A stretch of 64,000 nt of DNA, from assembly GCF_009834535.1 (NCBI RefSeq), contig NC_045697.1:72976001-73040000 (forward strand), read 5' to 3'. The position numbers and the translations under genes are program-made. The DNA is from Camelus ferus (taxonomy: Eukaryota). Of this stretch, positions 12,902 to 25,315 are shown piece by piece. Position 1 is the first letter of the stretch. Each line of letters opens with the position of its first letter. The notes under the pieces are model-generated. The model worked only from the letters and a program-made list of their open reading frames with translations. It was not told where the DNA came from and made no database searches.

Positions 12902-14073
12902 TTTTAATTGAAGTATAGTCAGTTATAATGTATTGATTTCTGGTGAACAGCATAATATTTCAATCATACATATACATACATATGTATTCATTTTCATATC
13001 TTTTTCATTATAGGTTACTATAAGATATTGAATATAGTTCCCTGTGCTATACAGAAGAAATTTGGTTTTTTTTAATCTATTTTATATATAGTAGTTAATA
13101 CTTGTGAATTCAAACTCCCAATTTATCCCTTCCCACCTCCTTTCCCCCCCCAGTAATCATAAATTTGTTTTCTATGTCTGTGAGTCTGTGCTTTATAGAT
13201 AAGTTCATTAGTAGTTCATTAATGTCTTCTTTTTTTAGATTCAACATATGAATGATATCATATGGTATTTTTCTTTCTGTTTCTAGCTTACTTCACTTAG
13301 AATGATGATCTCCAGATCCATCCATGTTGTTGCAAATGGCATTATTTTATTCTTTCTTATGACTGGCTAGTATTTCATTGTATAAATGTCCCACAACTTC
13401 ATCCAGTCCTCTGTCAATGGACATTTGGTTGCTTTATGTCTTGGCTATTGTAAATAGTGCTGCTATGAACACTGGGGTGCATGTATCTTTTCGATTTAGA
13501 GTTCCCTCCAGATGTATGCCCAGGAGTGGGGTTGCTGGATCATATAGTAAGTCTATTTTTAGTTTCCTGAGGAATCTCCATTCCTGTTTTCCATAATGGC
13601 TGCACCAAACTACATTCCCACCAACAGTGTAGGAGGGTTCCCTTTTCACCACACCCTCTCCAGCATTTATTGTTTGTGGACTTTTGAATAACGGCCATTC
13701 TGACTGATGTGGGGTGATACCTCATTATAGTTTTGATTTGTATTTCTCTGGTAATTAGCAATACTGAGCATTTTTTCATGTGCCTGTTGGCCATTTGTAT
13801 GTCTTCATGAGAGAACTGCTTGTTTAGGTCTTCTGCCCATTTTTGGATTGGGTTGTTTGCTTTATTCTTACTAAGTTGTATGAGCTGTCAATATATTCTG
13901 GAAATTAAGCCCTTGTCAGTCTCATCATTTGCAAATATTTTCTCCCATTCCATAGGTTGTCATTTTGTTTTGCTTATTTTGTCATTTGTTTGTTTGCTGT
14001 GAAAAAGCTTATCAGTTTGATTAGGTCCCATTTGTTTATTTTTGCTTTTATTTCTATTGCCTGAGTAGACTGG
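12902..14073 (-). mobile_element. Young 5'-truncated L1 (ORF2 C-terminus + 3' UTR)
   Basis: Minus-strand ORFs [10 protein letters not shown]...[21 protein letters not shown] and [13 protein letters not shown]...DTCTPVFIAALFTIAK correspond to the ORF2 Cys-rich domain. The 3' UTR resembles 26700-27070. Confidence 0.95.
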
Positions 14074-14465
14074 AGGTTTCTATTTCACCAATTTTCACTT
14101 TGATTTTTATAATTTCTTCTGCTTGCATTAGATTATATTTGCTCTTCTGTTTCCAGTTTCTTAAGGTGAAAGATAAGGTATATGATTTGAGTCTCTTTAT
14201 CACTTCTATTATAAATTTTCTATGCTTTAAATATTCCCTTAATATTGTTTTAGTAATATTCCACATATTCTGACATGTTGTGTTTCCATATTCATTCATT
14301 TAAACACTTTTAAATTAATGATACTTAATTCACTGTCCAGAATATGATCAACCTAGATAATGGTTTATGCACATGTGACTATAAATGCATTTTGCTCTTT
14401 TGCAGGGAGCATGCTACTGTAAGTGTCAACTAGGACAAGCTGGTTGATTGCATTTTCATATCTGA
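14074..14465 (-). mobile_element. Old L1M ORF2 fragment (host of the younger L1)
   Basis: ORF 14054-14299 begins NEYGNTTCQNMWNITKTILR, resembling L1 ORF2 N-ENTTYQNLWD-AKAVLRG. Confidence 0.7.
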
Positions 14466-14469
14466 CTCT

Positions 14470-14995
14470 CAGGAAAGCTTTTAAGTTACTTCAAAGCCTT
14501 ATACAGCCCTATATGGTTTTCTCTCTTACATTTCTCACATCAACTGTTTTACTTCTCTTCTTTCACACTCCACTCAAAATGTAAGCCTCCTCTACCATTA
14601 TTCCAGTCACACAAGCCTCCTTCTGTTCTTTGAACATGCCAAGGAAGTTCTGCTCCGAGACCTTTGCATTTGTTATTTGTTCATCTGAAATGTTCTTGGC
14701 CCAGGGAATGGCCAAATTCAGCATGTGCTTCAGGGCTCTTCTCCGATATGATGTTAGAGGAAAAATCTCCCCCAGTAAATCTGTATAATACAGTGAGCCA
14801 CACCAGTGTTCCCTTTTCAGCTTACCCTGTTTTATTACTCTACCTTTTATATATTTGATTTTTGTTTGTTTAATTCTTCTTTGTTTGCCTCCAGCCACTG
14901 AAATATAACTTCCGTTGAGACAGGAAATTCGTTTTGTTTCATTTTTTATTTCCAGTGCCAAAATGGGGTCTAGAACATGCTATGGTATCTCACAC
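14470..14995 (+). mobile_element. L2 3' fragment
   Basis: GCCTCCTTCTGTTCTTTGAACATGCCAAG...CCTTTGCATTTG...TTCCAGTGCC are L2a-type motifs. Confidence 0.7.
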
Positions 14996-15478
14996 ATCTT
15001 AAAATACAGGTGTCCAACTATGAGTTTAAAATAATATCTCTGCCCTAAACAATTTTATTACTTTTTAAAATAAGTGTGCAGTCACACTGTTTTTCTAAAT
15101 TCTGTGTAAACAGGGCTTGAGGCAGAAGGAAAAAATGAAAGTAAAATATTGGAAGAAAACTTATAAAGTGTTTCTGTGTCACTTCTTTGCCCCCATTATT
15201 GTTTACTTCCTTCTGAAAACCTGCTTCGTTTTTATCTGCACATGTTGAAACTGGGGTGCGTTTGTGGTTCTGTTTGAAAGTACACTCCCTTCTCCTGGTT
15301 TTTTTCTCTTGTGCATTCCTAGATGTCCTTTGCTTTTTCTTCATTCACAGGTCTGATCTCTTTTATATTTTATAGAAATAGTCATGACCCTTCAGTCAAT
15401 GGCACTCCAGTTCATCTCATTATTACATGATTGTTTGAACCATGACATACTTCAACTTGGGAATCAAAAGAAATGACA

Positions 15479-15585
15479 GTGTTCACTTTGGAAGCACATA
15501 TACCAAAACTGGAATTATATAGAGAAGATTAGCATGTCTTCTGTGCAAGGATGACACATAAATTTGTGCTATGTTTCATATTTTT
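15479..15585 (+). pseudogene. RNU6: Full-length U6 snRNA retropseudogene
   Basis: 107 nt colinear with U6 (GTGTTCACTTTGGAAGCACATATAC...AGAGAAGATTAGCATG...CAAGGATGACAC...CATATTTTT). About 21 substitutions by my manual count, no indels, ACAGAGA box mutated to ATAGAGA. Confidence 0.95.
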
Positions 15586-16320
15586 CCAATAAGCATATGA
15601 AAAGATGCTCAACATCATTAGAGAATTGCAAATTTTTTAAAAATGAAATTGTTTCCATTCCACATACATTAGAATGATTAAAATCCAAAACATTGGCAAC
15701 ATCAATTGCTGGCAAGGATGTGGAGCAACAGAGAAAATATATTGTGCTGGTGGGGATGCAAAATGGTACAACCATCTTGGAAGATTGTTTGACAGTTTCT
15801 TATGAAAAATAAGATATGATAAGATCCATCAATCTCATTCCTTGATATGTACCCAAATGAGTGGAAAGCTTATGTCCATGCAGAAACCTGCACACAGATA
15901 TTTATAATAGCTCTATTCATAATTGTCAAAACTTGAAAGCAAATTCAGTAGGTGAATGGATGAACGGTGGTCCATTCAGACAATGGAATATTATTCATTG
16001 AGCTATCAAACCATGACAAGACATGGAAGAAACTTAAATGCATATTACTGAGTGAAAGAAGCCGATCTGAAAAGGCTGCATACTGTATGATTCCAGCTAC
16101 AACACATTCTAGAAAAGGCAAAACTATGGAGACAGCAAAAAAATGACTAGTTGTTGCCAGGGGCTAGAGAGGAGGGAGGGGTAAATAGGTAGAGCACAGA
16201 GGAGTTTTAGGACAATGAAACTCTTCTCTACAGACACATGTCATTACATTTATCAAAGCCCATAAAGTATATCACACCAAGAGTTATCCCTAATGTGAAC
16301 TATGGGCTTTGAGTGACAGG
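15586..16320 (+). mobile_element. Old L1 (L1MC-like) ORF2 end and partial 3' UTR fused directly to U6
   Basis: CCAATAAGCATATGAAAAGATGCTCAACATCATTAG starts right after the U6 T-tract. Later motifs include GGCAAGGATGTGGAGCAAC, CTGCATACTGTATGATTCCA and CACCAAGAGTTATCCCTAATGTGAACTATGG. Confidence 0.9.
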
Positions 16321-17024
16321 TTCTGTTCTATTCATTGAGCCTACAGCAGTGACACAACAGATTGAGTCCTCCCTTCATGGAGTTTGGATCCTAATGGAAG
16401 AAGAGAATCAATAAGAAATGTAATAATGCATTAAATGAAGTGCCTAATTTATATTTTATTTTCCCTTCAGGTAAACAGATTTTTCTCACTCTCTCTCTCC
16501 TTTGCACTCACACAAATGCATACACAGACCACACACACGAACACACACACAAGCATGCATGTAGTCACAGACCTAGTTGATGGGCTTCAGGAAAATTACA
16601 ATATCTAGGGATGCAATCTCCACTGCTTTATGCTATGGCTAATTCCCTTCTATGTGACTTATTTCCCCTTGAGAGTTTTTGGAATGTGTTGATTCTGGGA
16701 AAACAAACATTTTGTAATGGATAAGAGAAAGAAGAAGGGCATATAAATTGGAAAGGTGATTGGGTTGACTGTTTTCTGTGACATGTTCCAACATTGAAAG
16801 TGTAAATCACTATTTGTAAAGTCATAGGCAAGAATATCACTCCAGTAAATTTTTAACATTATAGTGCCGTCAAATTATAACTTGTTCTTAAAGGGATAAA
16901 CTTTAAGCTCTTTCACATTTGTGAAATATGAATCTGAGCTTTTACACTAACAAAATCAATACATATTTAATTCCTTAGCAGTGCAAACTGTTATAATGCT
17001 AAGTTCAATAATTATTTTCTTCTT

Positions 17025-18195
17025 CAGTGTCTGACATAAATTGTAGCAACTATTTTTAGGTCACTCTCCCAAGGCAATAGAAATGAAAGTAAAAATAAAC
17101 AAATGGGACCTAATCAAACTTACAAGCTTTTCAACAGCAAAGGAAACTATAAACAAAATGAAAAGACAACCTGCAGATTGGGAGAAAATATTTGCAAATG
17201 ATGTGACCAACAAGGGATTAATTTCTAAAATATATAAACAGCTCATACAATTCAATAACAAAGAAACAAACAACCCAATCAAAAAATGGGCAGAATACCT
17301 AAATACACATCTCTCCAGTGAAGACATACAGATGGCTGATGGGCACACGAAAAGATGCTCAACTTCACTAATTATTAAAGAAACGCAAATCAGAACTACA
17401 ATGGGGTGTCACCTCACACCAGTTAGAATGGCCATCATTAAAAAGTCTACAAATAGCAGATGCTGGAGAAGGTGTGGAGAAAAGGGACCCCTCCTACACT
17501 GTTGGTGGGAATGTTAATTGATGCAGTCACTATAGAAAATAGTATGGGGGTTTGTTAATAAAATAAAAATAGTGTTGCCATATGATCCAGCAATCTCACT
17601 CCTGGGCATATATCCAGAGAAAACTCTAACTCAAAAGGATACGTGCACCCCAATATTCATAGCATCACTATTTACAATACCAAGATGTAGACACAACCTA
17701 AATGACCATCAACAGATGATTGGATAAATATGTGAGATAGATAGATAGATACACATACACACAATGGAATACTACTCAGCCATAAAAAATGAAATAAGGC
17801 CATTTTCAGCAACATGGATGGACCTGGAGATTGTCATTCTAAGTAAGTCAGACAAAGAAAGGCAAATATCATACATTATCACTTATATGTAGAATCTAAA
17901 ATATGATACAAATGAACTTATTTACAAAACAGAAACAGACTCACAGACATAGAAAACAAACCAAAGGGGAAAGGGGATGGTGGGGGGATAAATTAGGAAT
18001 TTGGGATTAGTAGATAAAAGTACTATATATACGAAATAAGTAACAAGGTCCTACTGTATAGCACAGGGAACTATATTCAATATCCTGTAATAACCCAAAA
18101 TATGAAAGAGAAAGAAATATATATATATAACTGAATCACTTTGCTGTACACCAGAAACTAACACAACATTGTAAATCAACTATACTTCAATAAAA
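17025..18195 (+). mobile_element. 5'-truncated L1 with TSD
   Basis: ORF 17083-17517 is L1 ORF2 ([10 protein letters not shown]...[14 protein letters not shown]); ends TATACTTCAATAAAAAA. TSD AATTATTTTCTTCTT (17010-17024) and AATTATGTTCTTCTT (18196-18210). Confidence 0.95.
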
Positions 18196-19378
18196 AATTA
18201 TGTTCTTCTTTACTTTTAGGATTTATTTTTAATGAATTAATTTTTTGGAGACCAGGGATAAATTATATAATGAGACATGCCAGAATTCTTAAAAAACGAT
18301 TGCAAAAATCTCACAATTAGAGCAGATCTACAAGAAAATATTTTCTCAATCTGTGTTGCTGTTGTGTCCTTCTGTGGCCAACCAGTAAGATATTAAGCCC
18401 CCAGCCCAGGGAGCGAGCCGTGGGCAGCAAGTAGGAAAGGTGGTAATAAGGGAGCCAAGGAACCCTGTTTCTTTTTCCACTTTCCTCTCCACCCAGAGAT
18501 GGTACCTATGAGCTGTGAACTGTCTGCCATTCCACTTTGGAGCGACCTAACTTGGTTGAGCAGAATTACCATGATATTCTCCCTGTTCTTCCACTAGAGA
18601 ACCAACCTTATGTGCCAGGGTCAATTTTCTTAAGGGTTAGGGCCAAGGATATTCAATTGGCGACTTCATTTTCAGTAAAGATAAATTGATATTATAAACA
18701 AACAAAAAATACATAAATAAGAATGAAGAAGCCCTCTTAATTCCAATTTTATTTCCACTTTTCCCCAAACCTCCCTTTGATCTCCATTCCCATGGTCATC
18801 CTACTTATATTTTTAAATTTTTCTTAGAATGTAATGTAAATGTCCATAAAATCCTGTCATTCCCGGTAAAACAAATATCACCATTTATTGGCTGTTTCAG
18901 TTTTACTCACCCTACCAAAAATAAAAAAATTGCATCATGTAAATAAATACAGAAATAATACCAGAATATTTTTTAAATGCCAGAATTATCAATTTCAGAA
19001 ATGAGTTAGGTGGAAGCCTTACTAGAAGATAAGATGGCATTAGATTGGATGTTTATCCTTCATCCCGTTACCAGCTGATTGCCTCTTTTTCCACGACCAT
19101 GGTCTTCCCAACCAAAAGCAATTCTTGCTAGCTGTGGTTCAGAGTTGAGGAAACTAATTTTTCTTTTTCACAAGAAGGGCACTGAATGATTTAAAAATAC
19201 ATTCAACTAGTTTTACAGCTTCTCTTCTACTTAGCTGAAAAAGCAGCTGGAGACCACTTGGCTGTTCCTCAAAGCACCAATAAGTCAGCGTGTTCCATGG
19301 AGAACAGAAGTGAGCATCCTGATTCAAACCAAACATCCAGACATTTTCTCACCCAGGTTTACTGAGCTGAGGATTGAC

Positions 19379-19835
19379 TGTTTCTTAGTTTCCTAGGGCT
19401 GTCTCTCTTAAATTTTCATAAACTGGGTGCAATAAAACAACAGTAATGTGTTCCATCACACTTCTGGGGGCTAGAAGTTTGAAATCAAGATGCCATCAGG
19501 ACAACACTCCTTCTGAAGGCTCTAAGGATGAATCCTTCCTTACTTCTTCCTGGCTTCTGGTAGTTTCTGGTGATCCTTGCTGTTCCTCAGTGGTAGATAC
19601 ACCACTTTGATCCCTGCCTCTCTCTTCACGTGGCCTTCTTCCTGTGTGACTTTGTGTATTTCTCGACTCTTCTCAGAGGGACACCAGTCATTGGATTTAG
19701 GACCCACACAGATCTAGTAGGACCTGACCATAACTTAAATAATTACATCTGTAAAGATGCCATTTTCAAATAAGGTCATGTTCTGAGGTTATGAGTAGAC
19801 ATGAATTGTGGAGGAACAGTTTTCAACCCACTACA
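19379..19835 (-). mobile_element. MaLR solo LTR (MLT1C/D-like)
   Basis: TTAGTTTCCTAGGGCTG...CTAGAAGTTTGAAATCAAG...CAGTCATTGGATTTAGG...TTCAACCCACTACA. Confidence 0.85.
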
Positions 19836-21169
19836 GTTCTTAAGGTTAAGTCCAAAATAGGTAAGCCTGGTTGCCAAGGACCTCAGAATAATAAGCAAAT
19901 GTCTTGTCCTCCGTGTGGGGAAAATGTACCCACCAGCTGGGAGTAATTTGGGAGTAATTCCAGCTTCCAAAGGAAAATAGCTTCACCATAAAAGCCACAG
20001 AAAGTGTTCATTTGTGCGTGAAAACATAATAGGATAACTTTATTCTGTTAGCATTTTATTGAGGTTTCACATTAAAATATATTGAATTAAATTACTAATA
20101 TATTAAGAAATGTTTTAGTATCTACATATGCCTTGTTCACCACTGAAAAGCATAATAGTTTGGATGCCCATTATCTTCATATAGACTTCCTTATAATCCT
20201 TCTGTTTGTCTAATTATTTTAGGCACAGCCCCATTGCTCATAAGTTTATGATCATTCCAGTTTCTACAAAGACATCCAAAGGAGAGCACACATTAAATAA
20301 AGACCCTAATTCTTTCTATTATGTAAAAATACTCAACTTGGGATAATCAAAGGTAAGAAAGCAAATTCTGGCCCCAAAAATTCTCTAGCCATTTTGTCAA
20401 AGTGATACGGGCTCTTTACTCCAGGTAACATAAAGAAGATGCGATTCTTAAAATTATGTAAATCCAGATCTTCCCTTGGGCAGTACATCAGTAAGAAAAG
20501 ATTTTGTGACATCTACTGGCAGATACGAATTTTACTCCGTGTTTCTGAACGATAACAACAACTTCAACAGTAACAACAAAATAGTAACTTGCTTTATTTT
20601 TCTAAAATCAATTGAAATCAGATTCTTACTTCCTATTGGTTTGGTATGTGTAGAAAATCCAGTGTCCCTCTCCTTACTTCCCTCCGCATCCAAAATGTGT
20701 GCAGAGGACCTGGGACCTTCATAGAGTCCAGAAGATACTCGGAATTTCTTTTGCTCTTTGGCACCACCAACACTTGCTGACGTGCTCGTGCTCATTGTCC
20801 AATCGAGAATGGCCCTTTGGAGGCTCTTGGTTCTTTGTTCCCTAGTTAGGATCAGTAATCTTCTCAGAACCTCAATGCCAGTGCCTTGTCCGGAGCTTCC
20901 CTAGTAGGGATCAGGACACTGTTCCTTTCTGAAGGCCCGTCTCCCCCGTTGAAGGAGGGGTGGTCTAGTCTAGAAAGGTCTGTCACTTGATAACACATCC
21001 TCTTTCTAATTTACAATAATTCCTTTCTCTGTTTGCCAGGAACTGCCCCTTCCACAGCCTTCCCTTCAATTCTTGACCTCATCTTTGCCTTCTCTGAGCT
21101 GTTTCTTGTTATTTTCTACGTAATGTGACTTCTCTTGTGCAAGAGAGAGGGTTCTGGTAAGAGATAACC

Positions 21170-21475
21170 AGACCAGTGAGTTAATTTTTTTTAAATTTTT
21201 AATTAAGTTTCTCCTTTTGGAATGAGAATGTCTATCCTATGTCTGTCTCGTTATTGCATTTTGGAAGTACATGACTTGTGTGGATTCACAGGTTCACAGC
21301 GGAGAATTTTGCCTCAGGATGAATCATACCTCAAGTGTCACCCATACCTGATTTAGATGATATTTAGAAGAGATTTTTGGCCTGAGAGTTGGTGGTGGAA
21401 TGAGCTGGAGATGTTGGGATAGGAGGGGCATATTTTGCACGTGAGAAGAACAGGAATTGGGAGGAGAGGATGGAG
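21170..21475 (+). mobile_element. MaLR internal (MLT1-int) 3' segment
   Basis: TTGCATTTTGGAAGTA...TTCACAGGTTCACAG...CTGATTTAGATGAT, with a purine-rich tract directly before the LTR. Start approximate. Confidence 0.65.
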
Positions 21476-21893
21476 TGTTTTGAGATGAATTGTGTAACCT
21501 GCCAAATTCATATGTTGAAGTTCTAACCCCCAGCACCTCAGAATGGGACCTTATTTGGAGAGAGGATCTTTACAGAGGTCATCAAATTAAAATGAGGTCA
21601 TCAGAGTGAGCCCTAATCTAATAATGACGGGTGTGCTTGTAAGAAGGGGTGATTTGAACACAGAGATACTCACGAGGGAAGGTGACGTGATGTCACAGAA
21701 AGAAGATGACCATGTACAAGCCAGGGAGAGGGCCTGGAACAGCTCTTTCCCTCGGAACCATCAGAAGGCACTAACGATGCCACCACTGTGATTTCATACT
21801 CTCAGCTGCCAGAACTGTGAGATTATCCATCTCAGTTGTTTAAACCACCCATTTTGTTGTATTTTGTTACTGCAGCCCTAGCAAACTAATACA
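21476..21893 (+). mobile_element. MaLR LTR (MLT1A/B-like)
   Basis: GAATTGTGT...AAATTCATATGTTGAAGTTCTAACCCCCAG...CCAGAACTGTGAGA...GCAGCCCTAGCAAACTAATACA. Confidence 0.9.
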
Positions 21894-22920
21894 GTGAAGT
21901 CATCCAATTCTGGAGGTTTTGGGGAAACATATTTTTAACCTAAAAGTTCAATGTTATAAAATTAGATATAGAAGTATTCAAGTGCTCTCCTTCTTTGGTG
22001 GCCTTTGGTCATTTGTATCTTTTGAGAATTTTTTCATTTTCATTTAAGCTGTCAAATTTATTGGTGTGATACTTTTTGTAATATTACTTTGTTATCATTT
22101 TAATATCTCTAGAATCTCTAAGATGCCTGATATGAGTAATTTGTTTCTTCCATCTTTTTTTCCAGATCAGTGTTGCCAGAGGTTTTTTTCCTCAAAGAAC
22201 CAGATCTTTGTTTTTATTAATTTTCTCTATGTTTTCTATTTCATTCATTCCGCCTCTAAGCCTTCTTATTTCCTTTATTATACTTGCTTGGCTTCATTTG
22301 TTTCTTTTCTCCCCTAATTTCTTAAGGTGGATAATGAGTTAGTTGATTTTACATGGTTGTTTCTAATACTGGTATTTTTTTTAAGTTTCAAAATGATTGA
22401 GGGTTTTTTAGATATCTTTTTATTACTGATTTCGAATTTAATTCCATTGTGATCAAAGAACATCCTTTGTGTGACGTGTCTTTTTCATTTTGATGAGGCT
22501 TGCTTTGTGGGCCAAAAATTTTCTATCTTGTTCCAAGTTCCATGTGCACTTGAAAAAAATGTAATCTGCTATTATTGACTGGAGTGTTTCAAACATTCTT
22601 CTTTTGTAAATTTGGTTAATAGTTTTGCTCAAATACTCTATATCTTACTAATTTTCTATCTAATTAGTATATTAATTATTGAGAAAGAGGTGTTGAAATT
22701 TCCATATATTGATTTTGGATTTTTCTATTTGTCCTTGTGGTTATATTTGTCTTTGCTTCATGCGTTGTGAAGCTCTGTTACTTATACATACATGTTTAGC
22801 ATTGCTATCTCTTCTTGATGAATGAATACTTTTGTCATTATAAAGTGACCCACTCTTTACCAAGTAACATTCTTTTCTCTTTGTATTTCTACTGTATATT
22901 TCTTTAGATTAGTATTAACA
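21894..22920 (-). mobile_element. Old L1M ORF2 fragment
   Basis: TTTAATTCCATTGTGATCA, GTTCCATGTGCACTTGAAAA and TTGCTTCATGCGTTGTGAAGCTCTGTTA are reverse L1 EN-region motifs. Confidence 0.75.
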
Positions 22921-23039
22921 TTAATAAGATGCCTTCTATTTCCTGTCCTGTGATGAATTGAGGAAATTTGCAGAGATCAAAGAGAACACATACTTTCAGA
23001 AAAACATACCAAACTCTGTGTAAATGTTAGGACACTATG

Positions 23040-23185
23040 TTTGAGTCTAAATCCTAAGCTTTTTGGAAGTGATGGATATCTTTATTACCTCTATGGTGCT
23101 CGTAAATATATATCCAAACTCACAGAATATATAAATTAATTATGTGCAATTTTTGTATGCCAATTATACCTTAATGCAGCTGGGG
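23040..23185 (+). mobile_element. Old L1M 3' terminal fragment
   Basis: TTTTGGAAGTGATGGATAT...TATGTGCAATTTTTGTATGCCAATTATACCTTAAT. Confidence 0.55.
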
Positions 23186-23627
23186 GGAAAATTTCAAGTT
23201 TTTTGGTGATAAAATTAATAAAACTTGAAAATTGTGAAATTGTGTTATTATCATTGCTGATGCCAAAAAGTATCCACAGTCTTCTTTAATGAAATGCCAA
23301 CAAGGTAAATGACCATGAGTGAACTTTCTTCTTAGCTTGAGCAGAATGAGTTACATTCATATTAACACTGAATCTTTGTTTTCTCTAAGTCTCAACTTCC
23401 TAATATCAATATTTAAAACCAAGTATTACTTTTCAATTCACGAGCCATTTATTGAAATCTTATTTCATTGCATTCTTCATGGGATTTAAAAAGTACATCT
23501 CAAACAAACAAGCAAAAGAAGATCCACTTAAAAAAAAAACCTTAAAAACATATTTAAACTTTATGTTGGTTAATAACTTCTGTCTGCAAGGAATGGTGTG
23601 GGTCCTTTTGTTTGATTTCCGGTCAAA

Positions 23628-23646
23628 CACTGCCCTCTAGTGGCAA
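23628..23646 (-). promoter_or_regulatory. Strong CTCF motif
   Basis: CACTGCCCTCTAGTGGCAA; its reverse TTGCCACTAGAGGGCAGTG fits CCASYAGRKGGCRS. Confidence 0.75.
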
Positions 23647-23727
23647 TGCTGCTCTTTAGCACAGCAAATAATAGTGAGCGTTCAGGATACCGGATGTTAC
23701 CTCCCACTCTGTCCCCAGCCCCAGAAA

Positions 23728-23780
23728 ACACACGCACACACACGCGCGCGTACACACACACACTCACTCACTCACACACA
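23728..23780. repeat. Compound (CA)n/(CG)n/(CACT)n microsatellite
   Basis: ACACACGCACACACGCGCGCGTACACACACACACTCACTCACTCACACACA. Confidence 0.9.
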
Positions 23781-24456
23781 AACACCAGAGTAGGGAAGAG
23801 AGAGTTGGTGGTGATGATGGTGGTGGTATTTTCTCAAATTCTTTCCTAGTATTTTCCGGAAGTAAGAATACATTGCAATGCTGTAAATATCCAGTCTCAT
23901 CATTGGTATTTAATGGTGTATTTCTCCCACACATGCAGAAGAATCAGACTATCAGACCTTAAGGTAATTAAGCATTAACATCACATTACTTATCAGGCCA
24001 AATCTTAGGCCAGTTTCTGGTTTATAAGATCATCTAATGACTTGAATTTTCATAGTTTTTCTTAAATAAGAAACTGAAAATGGCTCTCCTGAGATGAATA
24101 TCAAACTCACTTGACAGTTGTATTTCTTCCTGTACATTGATTGATTCGGATTCTGATAAATATAGATGTCTCTTTTAGGTTTAACTAGGTTCCTTCAGCA
24201 TTCCTGAGGTGATCAAGCCAATGTATCTGTCCTCCAAGACTGAGGGCCAAACATAGGCCAAGGAAACTTTATGTATGTAATACATTCTGTGAAGCTAGTT
24301 TGTGGGCAGTGAGCAGTCTCTTTTGTGGGAACAGCTAGTACTTGCTGGGCATCAAACCCCCCATCCCTCCCCTCCAAATAGCTGTTTAATTACCGAAAGC
24401 TTAGTGTCTACATCTTATATTTATTACCATTCTACAAGTTAGAGCAAAATTAGGTA

Positions 24457-24510
24457 TTTATTATATTAGCTAATATAATAAAATCTTATATTAGCTAATA
24501 TAATAAAATC
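24457..24510. repeat. AT-rich palindrome with 25-bp tandem duplication
   Basis: TTATATTAGCTAATATAATAAAATC occurs at 24461-24485 and 24486-24510; 24457-24482 is a perfect 26-bp palindrome. Confidence 0.9.
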
Positions 24511-25315
24511 ATTCTGTTTAGTTAAGGGAAAGTCAGAGTTTCAGAGGTTTAAAGAATTAGATACAGTAAAGTGATGAATCTGAATACTAAATAAAATAAG
24601 ACCCCAAAGAAGTAATCAATGAGCTTAGAAGGCACGTAGTTTCTCCTCCTGCTGCTCCTCTTCCTTCCTGTTTAATTTACTGGGGAATATGCTATATTTT
24701 ATAAAGGCAACTTTGTTGTAAAGAGCAATTTTGTCTTTTTACAGGAAGACAGAGCTGGTAGTGGGGGAGGTGCTATTGACAAATGATGTATAAATGTCAG
24801 TAAAAATTTTTCAGTGTGAATCTTAATGTTCCAAAACAGTTCATAAAACCCGGGAAAGTAGCATCTAGTGAATCATTCAGTTTAGAAATTTATCAACTGC
24901 GATCAAGGAAAATCTGAGTTCATAAAACTGTCAGAACATTACATAATTGAAGTATTCAGTCTGAGACATTGATATCTATAAATTTGAAAAAACATCAATT
25001 CTTCCAAGAGTAAGACCATCTTAGTTTCCCATATTGATCAAACCTAATACATCATTTTATTATATGAAATTTAGCACTTTATATAAAGATGGTCAGAAAG
25101 ATAGTACAGCTTTCACAGAAAATATGCCCTTTATTAGCAAACCTTTTAAAGTCAAGACTATAATATTTTCAGACTTGAAAATTTATTTTAAAAAGGACTA
25201 CTTATAAAGTTGATTTTAAAATACATATAAAATTAGATATTTTAAAGTTTTCATTCTGAATTCCAATAATGCTATTGTTATATATACAATTTTATGTACA
25301 TGGAAATAGTGATAT

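Noticed and set aside
15479..15585. Functional U6 snRNA gene
   Set aside because: About 20% diverged, ACAGAGA box mutated, no evident upstream PSE/TATA promoter, and fused to L1.
15461..16423. GAATCAAAAGAAATGACA / GAATCAATAAGAAATGTAA as the TSD of the U6/L1 chimera
   Set aside because: The second copy is separated from the L1 end by about 80 bp of older L2-like sequence and no poly-A precedes it; an A-rich chance match is likely.
17083..17517. 144-aa ORF as a host gene
   Set aside because: It is a fragment of L1 ORF2 in a 5'-truncated copy.
20640..21100. GC-richer block as ERV internal sequence with a primer-binding site (minus-strand TGGTGCC)
   Set aside because: No adjoining LTR edge in the right orientation and no gag/pol-like translation.
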